From: a virus
Direction: 5' to 3' (one strand)
DNA length: 64,000 nucleotides
IMG/VR virus record: IMGVR_UViG_3300019762_000007
Span: 24,713 to 88,712 of that record
Positions 18,340 to 26,667 of this stretch are shown here, one piece after another (the stretch's first letter is position 1; every line of letters starts with the position of its first letter). The translations under genes and the position numbers were made by a program. Under the pieces are notes generated by a model. That model had not been told where the DNA came from. It saw only the letters and a program-made list of their open reading frames with translations, and made no database searches.

Positions 18340-18612
18340 ATGTTTGAATTGAAAACTAAAAGAAAGTTTAATGAGCTAATTTCTAGCGAATCCTATAAAA
18401 TCTCTGATTTTGAAATAGTTGAATTTAGTAAAAATAAATTTGCAATTAGAAAAAAAAATACTATTGTTTATAGGGATTTAATTACTAGTAGCGACCTTTA
18501 TTGGACAGTAAACGATAAATTCTTTGAAGATTGCCTAACTACTAAATATAAAATAATAAAAGAATTTTATAAAATAGTTCCGCAAAGTTATCTTATTATA
18601 AAAACTTATTAA
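18340..18612 (+). CDS. Hypothetical protein
   Basis: 90-aa ORF. Confidence 0.6.
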   Translation: MFELKTKRKFNELISSESYKISDFEIVEFSKNKFAIRKKNTIVYRDLITSSDLYWTVNDKFFEDCLTTKYKIIKEFYKIVPQSYLIIKTY

Positions 18613-18725
18613 ACACCTTATTATGCAATATTTAATAGGAATTATATTAGGTCTTTATATTCTATATAAAGCCAAAAGAGCTAAGGATTATAACACTAGT
18701 ATTTATAAATCTAAATCAGATAGAG

Positions 18726-19010
18726 ATGGAAGAGAGTACGGGAAAAGAGCTATTTCAGCTTGTAGAAGATCTAAAGAAGGATATAAAGAAACGTGAGGTT
18801 ATTACTGGAGAAAATATACCATTAGATAGGGAGATAAAACGCTCTGTAAATTATTACCTAGTTAGACATTACCCTAATCTAAAAGCATATAAGCCTTTTC
18901 ATGGTGCCTGTTTACAATGTAAATCCCAAGTAAATCTAGGAATTGGTAGATGTGTTGGGTGCAAGTTTATGGGAGTAGATCATGAACTACCAGATTTAAG
19001 TATGTACTAA
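18726..19010 (+). CDS. Hypothetical Zn-binding protein
   Basis: CLQC...CVGC. Confidence 0.6.
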   Translation: MEESTGKELFQLVEDLKKDIKKREVITGENIPLDREIKRSVNYYLVRHYPNLKAYKPFHGACLQCKSQVNLGIGRCVGCKFMGVDHELPDLSMY

Positions 19011-19023
19011 AAACAAAATAGTT

Positions 19024-19785
19024 ATGGCAAAAGTAACAATGGATGACTCAGAATACGAGTTATTAAAAGAAAACAAAAGACTTTTAGAAGAAGCTTTAAG
19101 TGAAACTAAAAGACAACAAGCTGAGATTGATAGGCTCAATAAAGAAAAGTTAGAGATTCTAGAGAACTCTAAAATGAAAGTAACTAAGGTAACTAGACTA
19201 GAAACTTATGAATCTGTTTGGATAGATCAGCCTGAGGTTTTTGCTTTAGAGCAATTGAATAGAAATCTTACGCGTCATTTTAATAGTTATGGTACAAATG
19301 TGTCATTTAAAAGTGTTAAGAGCGTAATTGATACTTTCTTTAAAAGAGTAGTAACAACTTCTGACCCTAAAATAGAAATAACAACTTTAGGACTAGATGA
19401 AGTTAGAAAAGAGATTAGAGAGGAGTTACAAAGTAAGATTGATTCAGATATTAAAGACAAATTAGCTAATGCTGATAAAGCTTTAGAAGCTTATTCTATT
19501 TTATCTAAAACTGTAGATGATTTAAGAGAGGAGAATTATAATCTTTCAAAATATAACTCCGACCTTATAGACCATAATGTAAAGCTCAAAGATGCTGAAA
19601 GTAATCTGAGTAAATTAGAAAGTAAATATCAGAGGAATTTAGATCTTCTTACTAAATATACATATTTATGTAAAGAGATCCTAAAAGCAACACCAGAAAC
19701 TGTATCATCTTTTGGTAATAAGGAAATTGTTAAAAAAGTTAAACGATTAATAGAAACAACAAGAACATGGAAAAACCTATTTTAA
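19024..19785 (+). CDS. Coiled-coil hypothetical protein
   Basis: 253-aa ORF with heptad character. Confidence 0.7.
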   Translation: MAKVTMDDSEYELLKENKRLLEEALSETKRQQAEIDRLNKEKLEILENSKMKVTKVTRLETYESVWIDQPEVFALEQLNRNLTRHFNSYGTNVSFKSVKSVIDTFFKRVVTTSDPKIEITTLGLDEVRKEIREELQSKIDSDIKDKLANADKALEAYSILSKTVDDLREENYNLSKYNSDLIDHNVKLKDAESNLSKLESKYQRNLDLLTKYTYLCKEILKATPETVSSFGNKEIVKKVKRLIETTRTWKNLF

Positions 19786-19825
19786 AAGAAGGAGATTATT
19801 GTGACGGTAAAAAGGTAATTGGGCA

Positions 19826-20299
19826 TTGTTGTATTTAATAGCAGAAAAATTTGGTATCCCAATTAATTATACTGGAGAGAATCCTGATTATGTTATATTT
19901 AAAGAAGGAGCAATTTCCCCAATAGCTACAATAGTATTATCAAGAAATACATTAAAACTACCTAAATTAGGCTTTCTTGAAAGAATGCTAAATATGGTAG
20001 AAACTAAACCTATTAATATAGGTCCTTTTAAACCAGAAGAGTATCCTAGGATGCTAGTCTGGGATGATGTTGAAGAGTGTGCTGAAGAGAGAATAGTATT
20101 ATGTAATTTCACAGATAATTATAATTATCCTGTGATTACAGTTACTGATGACACTGAAAAAGAGTTTTTAACTTACAAAGAGTATTCAACAACTAACTAT
20201 AGAAACTGCAAACCTATTCCAAAAGAACCAGAAACAGTTAAGATGACTGTAGCTGAGATTTCTAAAGCTCTGAGAAAGAAAATAGAAATTGTAGAGTGA
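19826..20299 (+). CDS. Hypothetical protein (true start possibly 19767 via -1 frameshift)
   Basis: TTG-start ORF; C-terminal KMTVAEISKAL motif. Confidence 0.6.
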   Translation: MLYLIAEKFGIPINYTGENPDYVIFKEGAISPIATIVLSRNTLKLPKLGFLERMLNMVETKPINIGPFKPEEYPRMLVWDDVEECAEERIVLCNFTDNYNYPVITVTDDTEKEFLTYKEYSTTNYRNCKPIPKEPETVKMTVAEISKALRKKIEIVE

Positions 20300-20352
20300 T
20301 TCTAAGTAACTGAACATTTAATAAATGCTTCGCTGGTACTTATGAAAATAAT

Positions 20353-20427
20353 AGAGCTGTAACTTAATTGGACAAAAGAGGGAGACTTTTGACTCTCTTG
20401 ATGTAGGTTCGAATCCTACCAGCTCAC
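20353..20427 (+). tRNA. tRNA-like RNA 6: Gln/Lys-type tRNA with an 8-nt anticodon loop
   Basis: GAGCTG/CAGCTC with 1:72 mismatch, GGAGA-CTTTTGAC-TCTCT, GTAGG-TTCGAAT-CCTAC. Confidence 0.7.
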
Positions 20428-20447
20428 TGATTAAAGAAAATAAACTT

Positions 20448-20663
20448 ATGAAAATTAAATGTAGTAAATGCGGGGAAGAACATGAACAGACATTATCTAA
20501 CTGTTGTTGGATTTACTGTGATTGTGGTGCTAAAATATGTGGAAGTTGCGGATCAGAGGCTTTATCACAAATGGATATTTCAGAAGATGATGACGAAGCT
20601 GGTTATTGGTGTACACTTCAATGTGATGCCTGTGGATTAGAGGGATGTGCAATGTGCATTTAA
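20448..20663 (+). CDS. Cys-rich acidic small protein
   Basis: Several CxxC pairs in 71 aa. Confidence 0.65.
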   Translation: MKIKCSKCGEEHEQTLSNCCWIYCDCGAKICGSCGSEALSQMDISEDDDEAGYWCTLQCDACGLEGCAMCI

Positions 20664-20714
20664 AATAAATTAGAAACAAACCTATATTTAAGTCTAAGCC
20701 CCTTAAATGCTAGG

Positions 20715-20809
20715 TATAGAAGTTATTAAGTAAACTATTATAAGAGCCTTCAGTGTTCATACACTTACTCGTTCTAGAGTAGCTTAGTTTACAATTAATA
20801 ACTTCTATA
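20715..20809 (+). ncRNA. Branched stem-loop element
   Basis: Perfect 15-bp TATAGAAGTTATTAA/TTAATAACTTCTATA, then GTAAACTA/TAGTTTAC and two small hairpins. Confidence 0.55.
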
Positions 20810-20859
20810 GTTTCTAAGTAAATATTAAATAAGCTAATTATTAACTAATACTATTAATT

Positions 20860-21108
20860 ATGAATTTATTAAGCTACGTACTTATAGCAGTATTGTTTAT
20901 ATATGCTGTTATCACAGGTGTTTATACTTTCAAACAAAGAATAATCACAAGAAAAATTATTAAAACTAAAATCTCTGCATTAAATGCTGAACTAGAGCAA
21001 GCTAGAGAACAACAATCTTATTGTAAAGAAAGAGGTTGTTTGTATACAGGTAATTTAAATGATATAGGAAAAGAGATCAGTAACCTTAAAAAACAACTAC
21101 TATGGTAA
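20860..21108 (+). CDS. Small membrane protein
   Basis: N-terminal TM helix then coiled coil. Confidence 0.6.
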   Translation: MNLLSYVLIAVLFIYAVITGVYTFKQRIITRKIIKTKISALNAELEQAREQQSYCKERGCLYTGNLNDIGKEISNLKKQLLW

Positions 21109-21177
21109 GAACAAAAAGACCTAGAATTGTTAGAAAGAAATACATATTAGTTTATTCTACTGAAAATAGGAGGAAAC

Positions 21178-23664
21178 ATGAGTGATTTACGAATGCCGCT
21201 AAAGGTAGAAACTTTAGTGTTTGAGGAGTCCTCTAATAGCTTTGAAAATGTTAGTTTATGCGGATGTTCTATTGCATCTGGAAGGAAAGACTGTGATGAT
21301 ATACCTTGCGGACGATGTTATTTAAACGAAGATAACAGGAAAGACTTAACTAAATACCTAGAAGAAAATCCTTCTTTATATCCAAATATCCGAAAAGCTA
21401 TAGGTTTACCTAAAGAAGATATTAAAGATGTTCCTAAAGTATCTGATAAGTATTCTGAATATGATAAGTATAAAGAAGCTAGATTGAAGTTACCTATAAG
21501 TACAGCTATACATTGTAACTCTAGAGAAGAAAGAGATTTTATAGTATCAGAACAAGTGGAATCTACTTCTCCTTTTATAGAAAAAGGTTATATAAGACTG
21601 AAATATGGTTATGATACTTTATCTTTTGCTTTTAGAGAAAATATACCTGTGTATTCTTTTGAATCTTATCTTAAAGCTGATTTATCTAAGCCATTAAAGT
21701 TAGATAAAGACGGTAACATATTAAAAGACGAACCTTTTGTAGTTTCTATTGCAGATACTGCTACTGAAGAGCAGAAGAAAGCCAGAAGAGCTATTAAAGA
21801 TATAATGGTTAAGTGTGAGTTACAAATACAATGGGACTTTATAGTAGAGGATTGTAAAATAGATCTCAATGTAGCTAGATGGGGAAGGTATAAAGAAGAG
21901 TCTTATATAGACATTCAAAACAGAACCTATGGTAAATGTCGTGTCACTAACAGTAAAGTCATATCATTTGAAGAGTGGTTACATTATACACCAAAGACTG
22001 AAACTAAAAAAGAACCTTTCCACATGATAGGTGCTGGTAAGATTCAAGAGCTAGAAGTAGAAGGTACTATATATAAAGTTCCTGATATTAGAGGTGTAGC
22101 AAAAGGATACGAAGCGTCCTTAGATGGATTTGATGAAGAAAATTTACATTTTTGTGAAGTATTGAATATCAATAACTGTGTTGTAATACAGTGCAATCAA
22201 TGTATATTAAACAGTTCTACTTTCGGCTTAGATAAATTCAAATCTTTAATAAAAACTAATCCTAATTATGCTGATTTAAAACCTTTATTAACAAAACAAG
22301 ACGAAGATGATAAAACCAATGTTCCCTTGAAATCAGAAGTTAAAGTAGAACCTGTAATTGAGTCTGAAAACAAAATAGAATCTATAACCTCTAGTGATAA
22401 TTCAATTGTCAAGGATTTGAAATATAATATAGGAGATCTAGTAGTAACTGATTCAGGTATTATGCGGAAAGTAGTGGATATAGATAGTAAAGGTTACACA
22501 CTTCTAGAAGGGTCTCCGATTAAATGGAGAGATCATGAAATAGATCATACTCTAACTAATCTACTTCAGAGGAATCCTCATTTATTTGAGAGCGAATCTA
22601 ACTTTAAAGATGTGTATAAAAATTCTAGTATAAATGAAGAACCTATGAAAGAGAGATTTAAACCTGGTGATAGAGTTAAGGTTATTGCCAATACTAGCGG
22701 GCATAGATTTAAAATAGGCTCTATCATTACTGTAAGAGAACTTAGTGAAAACGACTATTCATTTAAAGAAGGAGTATGGTATTTAACAGACAAGGAGCTA
22801 GAGTTACATGTAGAAGATTCTAAACCATCTATACTAGAAAGTAAGTTTAAGGTTGGTGATAAAGTCCGTATTGTTGCTTGTACGCATAATCACGGATTTA
22901 AAATTGGTACTGTAGTCACTATAAAAAGCTATGGCTCAGATTTTTATAGTGTAGAGGAGGACCGTTGGGTGGTTACACCTGAAGAAATTGAATTAGTTGA
23001 AAGGGCTACTCCTGTATCTAATGTACAAGAAAGCAAATTCAAAATCGGTGATAAGGTTAAAATAGTTGCTAATAATTGCAGTCATTATTTCCAAATAGGC
23101 TCTATAAAAACTATAACTTTTGTCACATTTATAGGAAGTAAAAAAGGAGCTAGATATTATTTCAATAGGCAGGATACTTCTGGATATTTTGCAAAAGATG
23201 AAGATTTAGAACTAATTACTGAAGAAACAGAAGTAAGAGACCCAATATTATTTAAAGAAAAAACTTCTATAATAGTAGACTGTATAACTTATGATGTACC
23301 TTGGAATATAGACGTTAATATAACTTGTGATGTTGAAGATGGTTATATATGTGGGTGTGATGCTTCTTCAGTTTCTTGTACAAAGATAGAATGTGGTAAA
23401 TGCTTATTTAATTCAAATAACAGTAAGGTCTTTACTAATTTAGTTAAAACAGATTCTAGGTTTAGTATGTTTAAACATTTGTTACCTAAAGAGACTAAAG
23501 ATCCTGTTGAATCAGTTTCTGAAAGTATTAGTTTAGTTGGTTACGGACTACGGGGCAAATCTTCTAGTAGCTTAATACCAAAGGAAAAACCTATTAAGGA
23601 GTGTAAAAAAGAGGATAGTTTAACAACTTTCTCTCCAAGTATTTATAAAAAATTTAATATTTAA
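21178..23664 (+). CDS. Modular protein with SH3/KOW-like repeats and Cys-rich modules
   Basis: KYNIGDLV, RFKPGDRV, KFKVGDKV, KFKIGDKV repeats; three C-x4-C-x2-C modules. Confidence 0.7.
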   Translation: MSDLRMPLKVETLVFEESSNSFENVSLCGCSIASGRKDCDDIPCGRCYLNEDNRKDLTKYLEENPSLYPNIRKAIGLPKEDIKDVPKVSDKYSEYDKYKEARLKLPISTAIHCNSREERDFIVSEQVESTSPFIEKGYIRLKYGYDTLSFAFRENIPVYSFESYLKADLSKPLKLDKDGNILKDEPFVVSIADTATEEQKKARRAIKDIMVKCELQIQWDFIVEDCKIDLNVARWGRYKEESYIDIQNRTYGKCRVTNSKVISFEEWLHYTPKTETKKEPFHMIGAGKIQELEVEGTIYKVPDIRGVAKGYEASLDGFDEENLHFCEVLNINNCVVIQCNQCILNSSTFGLDKFKSLIKTNPNYADLKPLLTKQDEDDKTNVPLKSEVKVEPVIESENKIESITSSDNSIVKDLKYNIGDLVVTDSGIMRKVVDIDSKGYTLLEGSPIKWRDHEIDHTLTNLLQRNPHLFESESNFKDVYKNSSINEEPMKERFKPGDRVKVIANTSGHRFKIGSIITVRELSENDYSFKEGVWYLTDKELELHVEDSKPSILESKFKVGDKVRIVACTHNHGFKIGTVVTIKSYGSDFYSVEEDRWVVTPEEIELVERATPVSNVQESKFKIGDKVKIVANNCSHYFQIGSIKTITFVTFIGSKKGARYYFNRQDTSGYFAKDEDLELITEETEVRDPILFKEKTSIIVDCITYDVPWNIDVNITCDVEDGYICGCDASSVSCTKIECGKCLFNSNNSKVFTNLVKTDSRFSMFKHLLPKETKDPVESVSESISLVGYGLRGKSSSSLIPKEKPIKECKKEDSLTTFSPSIYKKFNI

Positions 23665-23691
23665 TTTTAATCATTTTAATAAATTTTAATT

Positions 23692-24168
23692 ATGACAAGT
23701 AAAAAAGTAGAAGTAGTGAAGGTAAAAGAGTTAACAATCATGGCTAGAATCAAAGCTAAGTTTGAAATGGGTGAAATGGGACATATCAACTCTTTCTTTA
23801 TTAAGGAAGTAGATAAGTTGCGTTCTGATATCAAAGACATTCAATGGGATATTGATACCCTTACTCGTGAATATGAGAAAAAGTCTAAAGACTTAGAATC
23901 ACTGGCTTTAACGGCTTTCGAAACTCTTGAAGCTGCTGCTGAAAACATCACTAACGAAGATGTTAAAACAGAAGCTGCTAAAAAAGCATTTGCTCCTAAA
24001 TATTGGAAAGGAGTAGAAAGTGCTGAAGCGGAAGTTAAAGCTGTAGAGGTTAGAGTTGACGAGCTTACTAAAAACTACAATGCTGAGAAAGAAAAGATGC
24101 AAACTGAAATCGCACTTCTTCAAAGCAGAGTAGATCTTATCTATGGCAAAGATGCTATAGAAGAATAA
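23692..24168 (+). CDS. Coiled-coil hypothetical protein
   Basis: 158 aa, followed by a terminator. Confidence 0.7.
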   Translation: MTSKKVEVVKVKELTIMARIKAKFEMGEMGHINSFFIKEVDKLRSDIKDIQWDIDTLTREYEKKSKDLESLALTAFETLEAAAENITNEDVKTEAAKKAFAPKYWKGVESAEAEVKAVEVRVDELTKNYNAEKEKMQTEIALLQSRVDLIYGKDAIEE

Positions 24169-24192
24169 ATAAAAAGAATATATAAATAATAT

Positions 24193-24228
24193 AAAGTAAG
24201 CTTCTTAGTTGAGGCTTACTTTTAATGT
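24193..24228 (+). terminator. Intrinsic terminator
   Basis: AAAGTAAGC..GCTTACTTT hairpin with T-rich tail. Confidence 0.65.
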
Positions 24229-24235
24229 TTTTATT

Positions 24236-24634
24236 ATGGTACTTACAGATACAGCAGAATATTGGCAAGATGTAAAAAGACATTATCCCTATACTGGACG
24301 TGAATTTTATCATATTCCAAATGCAAATTGCGGACACAGACATTTGCATGAAGCGAAAAGAATTGATGACGTAAATTGTTTTGCTTGTTTAAAGCTTATT
24401 GAACAAGGCTATGAACATGGGTTACCAAAAGGAGAGACGGACTTTAGAAGTAAAAAACAAAAGAAACGTGATAAACAGGCTGAGTTAGCTAAAATTGAAC
24501 GAGAAAAGCTTGGAAAATGTAATTGCGGCTATCAGAGAGTAAAAAGACTAAATAAATCAAAAAACGAATATTTTTTAGGTTGCTCCAATTATCCGAAATG
24601 TAAAATTACTAGTAGTATTTTAAATGTTTTGTAA
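24236..24634 (+). CDS. Protein with C-terminal topoisomerase-type C4 zinc ribbon
   Basis: CNCG...FLGCSNYPKC; ATG at 24236 preferred because the tracked start lies inside the terminator. Confidence 0.65.
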   Translation: MVLTDTAEYWQDVKRHYPYTGREFYHIPNANCGHRHLHEAKRIDDVNCFACLKLIEQGYEHGLPKGETDFRSKKQKKRDKQAELAKIEREKLGKCNCGYQRVKRLNKSKNEYFLGCSNYPKCKITSSILNVL

Positions 24635-24698
24635 CAAGTGAATAAAGTTAATACTTTTATCTAGTAGTAAAAGTTAATACGCAACTAAAATATATTAT

Positions 24699-24805
24699 AC
24701 TAAGGTGGCGGAATTGGTAGACGCATACCTAGAAGCAGTGAAATGAAAGCAGTTACAGGTTCACAAGGTTACGGCAAGTTGCAGGTTCGAGTCCTGCCCT
24801 TAGTA
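24699..24805 (+). ncRNA. tRNA-like RNA 7 (Leu-type D arm) with 56-nt non-canonical central region
   Basis: ACTAAGG/CCTTAGT-A, TGGCGGAATTGGTAGACGC, GCAGG-TTCGAGT-CCTGC; no 7-nt anticodon loop. Confidence 0.75.
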
Positions 24806-24829
24806 CTGAGTAATTAAATATTTAAACTT

Positions 24830-25285
24830 ATGATAGCAAACATTGTAGAAACATGTGTAAGAAAGCATACTGGAGGAGAAGAGTTCTTTACTGCTTTAGA
24901 TTTAAGATTGAAAGATAGAACTATATTATGTAGCCTCTTAGATGAAGTACTAAAGTTCCAGTACCCAGAAGTAGAATCTATGGGTTTAGTGGTGTCTGGT
25001 AAGTTTGGTCAATTTGTGTCAGATAATTCCCCTACTGGTAACATACTGCACGTATCAGGAGGTTTAAGGGAAGATAAACCCTTAGAGATAATAAGACATT
25101 TAGAAGATACAGAGTGTAAACACTTTATATTTCTAGATGATTCTTTTTATTCTGGTAAGACTAGAGATACTATTAAAGAATATTTAGAGAGTAACGGTAA
25201 TACATTATTAGAGACATTTGTAGTATATGATGGCTCTAAAGAAAAAGATGAGAATGTACATTCTTTGTACAGATATTATAAATAA
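24830..25285 (+). CDS. Type I phosphoribosyltransferase-fold protein
   Basis: PRPP-binding loop FIFLDDSFYSGKT. Confidence 0.7.
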   Translation: MIANIVETCVRKHTGGEEFFTALDLRLKDRTILCSLLDEVLKFQYPEVESMGLVVSGKFGQFVSDNSPTGNILHVSGGLREDKPLEIIRHLEDTECKHFIFLDDSFYSGKTRDTIKEYLESNGNTLLETFVVYDGSKEKDENVHSLYRYYK

Positions 25286-25290
25286 TAGAA

Positions 25291-25419
25291 GCTCCGTGTG
25301 AGGGAGACAATATAATAATAACAAGCTGAAATAGAAGGCTAATCTACTTCTGGTTCCTTTGGGGATAAGTAAGTTATTATTGGCAGCTAAATAGAGCTGG
25401 TTCGATGCCAGCATGGAGA
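25291..25419 (+). ncRNA. tRNA-like RNA 8 with stemless D loop and long inserted arm
   Basis: CTCCGT/ATGGAG, TAATAATAAC/GTTATTATTG, GCTGG-TTCGATG-CCAGC. Confidence 0.6.
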
Positions 25420-25431
25420 TTAAAATCTCAT

Positions 25432-25528
25432 TATCTCTGGAGATCTTTATTTAGCCTTCAAGCATGAAAGTGTTTGTCGTATAGAGAAATCTAATTGTGC
25501 GACCTTGAGTTGATTACTCAAGGAGATA
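25432..25528 (+). ncRNA. Multi-branch structured element
   Basis: TATCTC/GAGATA closing, GTCGTA/TGCGAC, CCTTGAGT/ACTCAAGG. Confidence 0.4.
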
Positions 25529-25561
25529 TAAAAATTAATTACTAAATAAATAAAACTTATT

Positions 25562-25930
25562 ATGAAACAAACAAAAAGTGTTAACGATTTAATGGTAGTT
25601 ACAGATAAAATAACTATAGGATTAGTACCAAGTCAGAGAGTAATGGTTACTAAGAAAAGTATTATTGCTCAAACAGTACTAGCAACTCCTCACTCTTTGT
25701 ACAAGAGTCTTGAAACTCCTATAAGAAAGAATATTTCTAAGGATTTATCAGTAGTAGTAACTAAGCATTCTACAGTAGGTTATCTTACTTACTCAGTCTC
25801 TTTTAAGCCTTTAACTAATTTAGTTAAAGTATCTAATCAAGCTAAAGCTTTAGCAATGGCTACAGCTAGACAATTAAAAGCTTCTGCTATGTTAGAGGAT
25901 GCCCAGTTACTAATTGATTTTACTAAGTAA
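25562..25930 (+). CDS. Hypothetical protein
   Basis: 122-aa ORF. Confidence 0.65.
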   Translation: MKQTKSVNDLMVVTDKITIGLVPSQRVMVTKKSIIAQTVLATPHSLYKSLETPIRKNISKDLSVVVTKHSTVGYLTYSVSFKPLTNLVKVSNQAKALAMATARQLKASAMLEDAQLLIDFTK

Positions 25931-26082
25931 TGGTAGGATTATTATCAGTTATCTTAGTTATAGTTGGTTGGAACTCTATTGTTAACTCTGTTAGAATTAG
26001 AAAACTTGAGACTATTAAAGAAGATATTGAGTACCAGCTTCAAGAACTACAAGATGAAGTAGCAGAATTAAAGTGTAAATAA
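25930..26082 (+). CDS. Small membrane protein (50 aa, not in ORF track)
   Basis: MVGLLSVILVIVGW then coiled tail; TAATG overlap. Confidence 0.55.
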   Translation: MVGLLSVILVIVGWNSIVNSVRIRKLETIKEDIEYQLQELQDEVAELKCK

Positions 26083-26126
26083 CAATAGTGACTCTTCTTT
26101 GCAGGAGTCACTTTAAATAAAATTTT

Positions 26127-26342
26127 ATGGAAAATAAAGATAGGTCAGCTTTTTCTTGTGTAAATGATATTTACTTACAAGAAGGTTTAACTAAAAGAGA
26201 GTACTTTGCTGCTAAAGCTATGCAAGGTATATTAAGTAATAATCATTTACTTGAAAAGTTAGGTAACGTAGACGGAAATAATACGTCTTTAGCTGTAATT
26301 TCATATAGAGTAGCAGATACTATGTTAAATATAGATAAATAA
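26127..26342 (+). CDS. Conserved small phage protein
   Basis: GLTKREYFAAKAMQG motif. Confidence 0.7.
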   Translation: MENKDRSAFSCVNDIYLQEGLTKREYFAAKAMQGILSNNHLLEKLGNVDGNNTSLAVISYRVADTMLNIDK

Positions 26343-26351
26343 ATTAGTATT

Positions 26352-26597
26352 ATGAGTTGGAAATTTGAAAAATCGTTTAGAGAAGCGCATCCTGAAACAA
26401 TAGGGGAAACAGACAGTCATTTTGATTTAGACAATTATAAGGACTGGCTAGAAAAGCAATTAGAAGCTAAAGATAAAACTATAGCATCTTTGCAAGAAAG
26501 TCATGATTTCTTAGAGTGTCTTGAATCTGCTGGAGTAGATAATTGGGATGGTTATGAGCTTGCCCAATGCATGATGAAAGAAGACTATGGGTATTAA
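26352..26597 (+). CDS. Conserved small phage protein
   Basis: FLECLESAGVDNWDGY motif. Confidence 0.7.
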   Translation: MSWKFEKSFREAHPETIGETDSHFDLDNYKDWLEKQLEAKDKTIASLQESHDFLECLESAGVDNWDGYELAQCMMKEDYGY

Positions 26598-26635
26598 TAC
26601 CTAATTGTTAGTCAATACAGTACAATTTCTTTTAG

Positions 26636-26643
26636 TATATTTG
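26636..26643 (+). promoter_or_regulatory. Bacteroidota-type -7 element (TATATTTG) upstream of RNAP
   Basis: Identical to the head-module element, 24 nt before ATG 26668. Confidence 0.6.
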
Positions 26644-26667
26644 ATAAAATTATTTAATATTAAAAAT

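Noticed and set aside
26605-26667. TTG start for RNAP given in the ORF track
   Set aside because: It spans the promoter element; ATG 26668 has the typical AT-rich leader.
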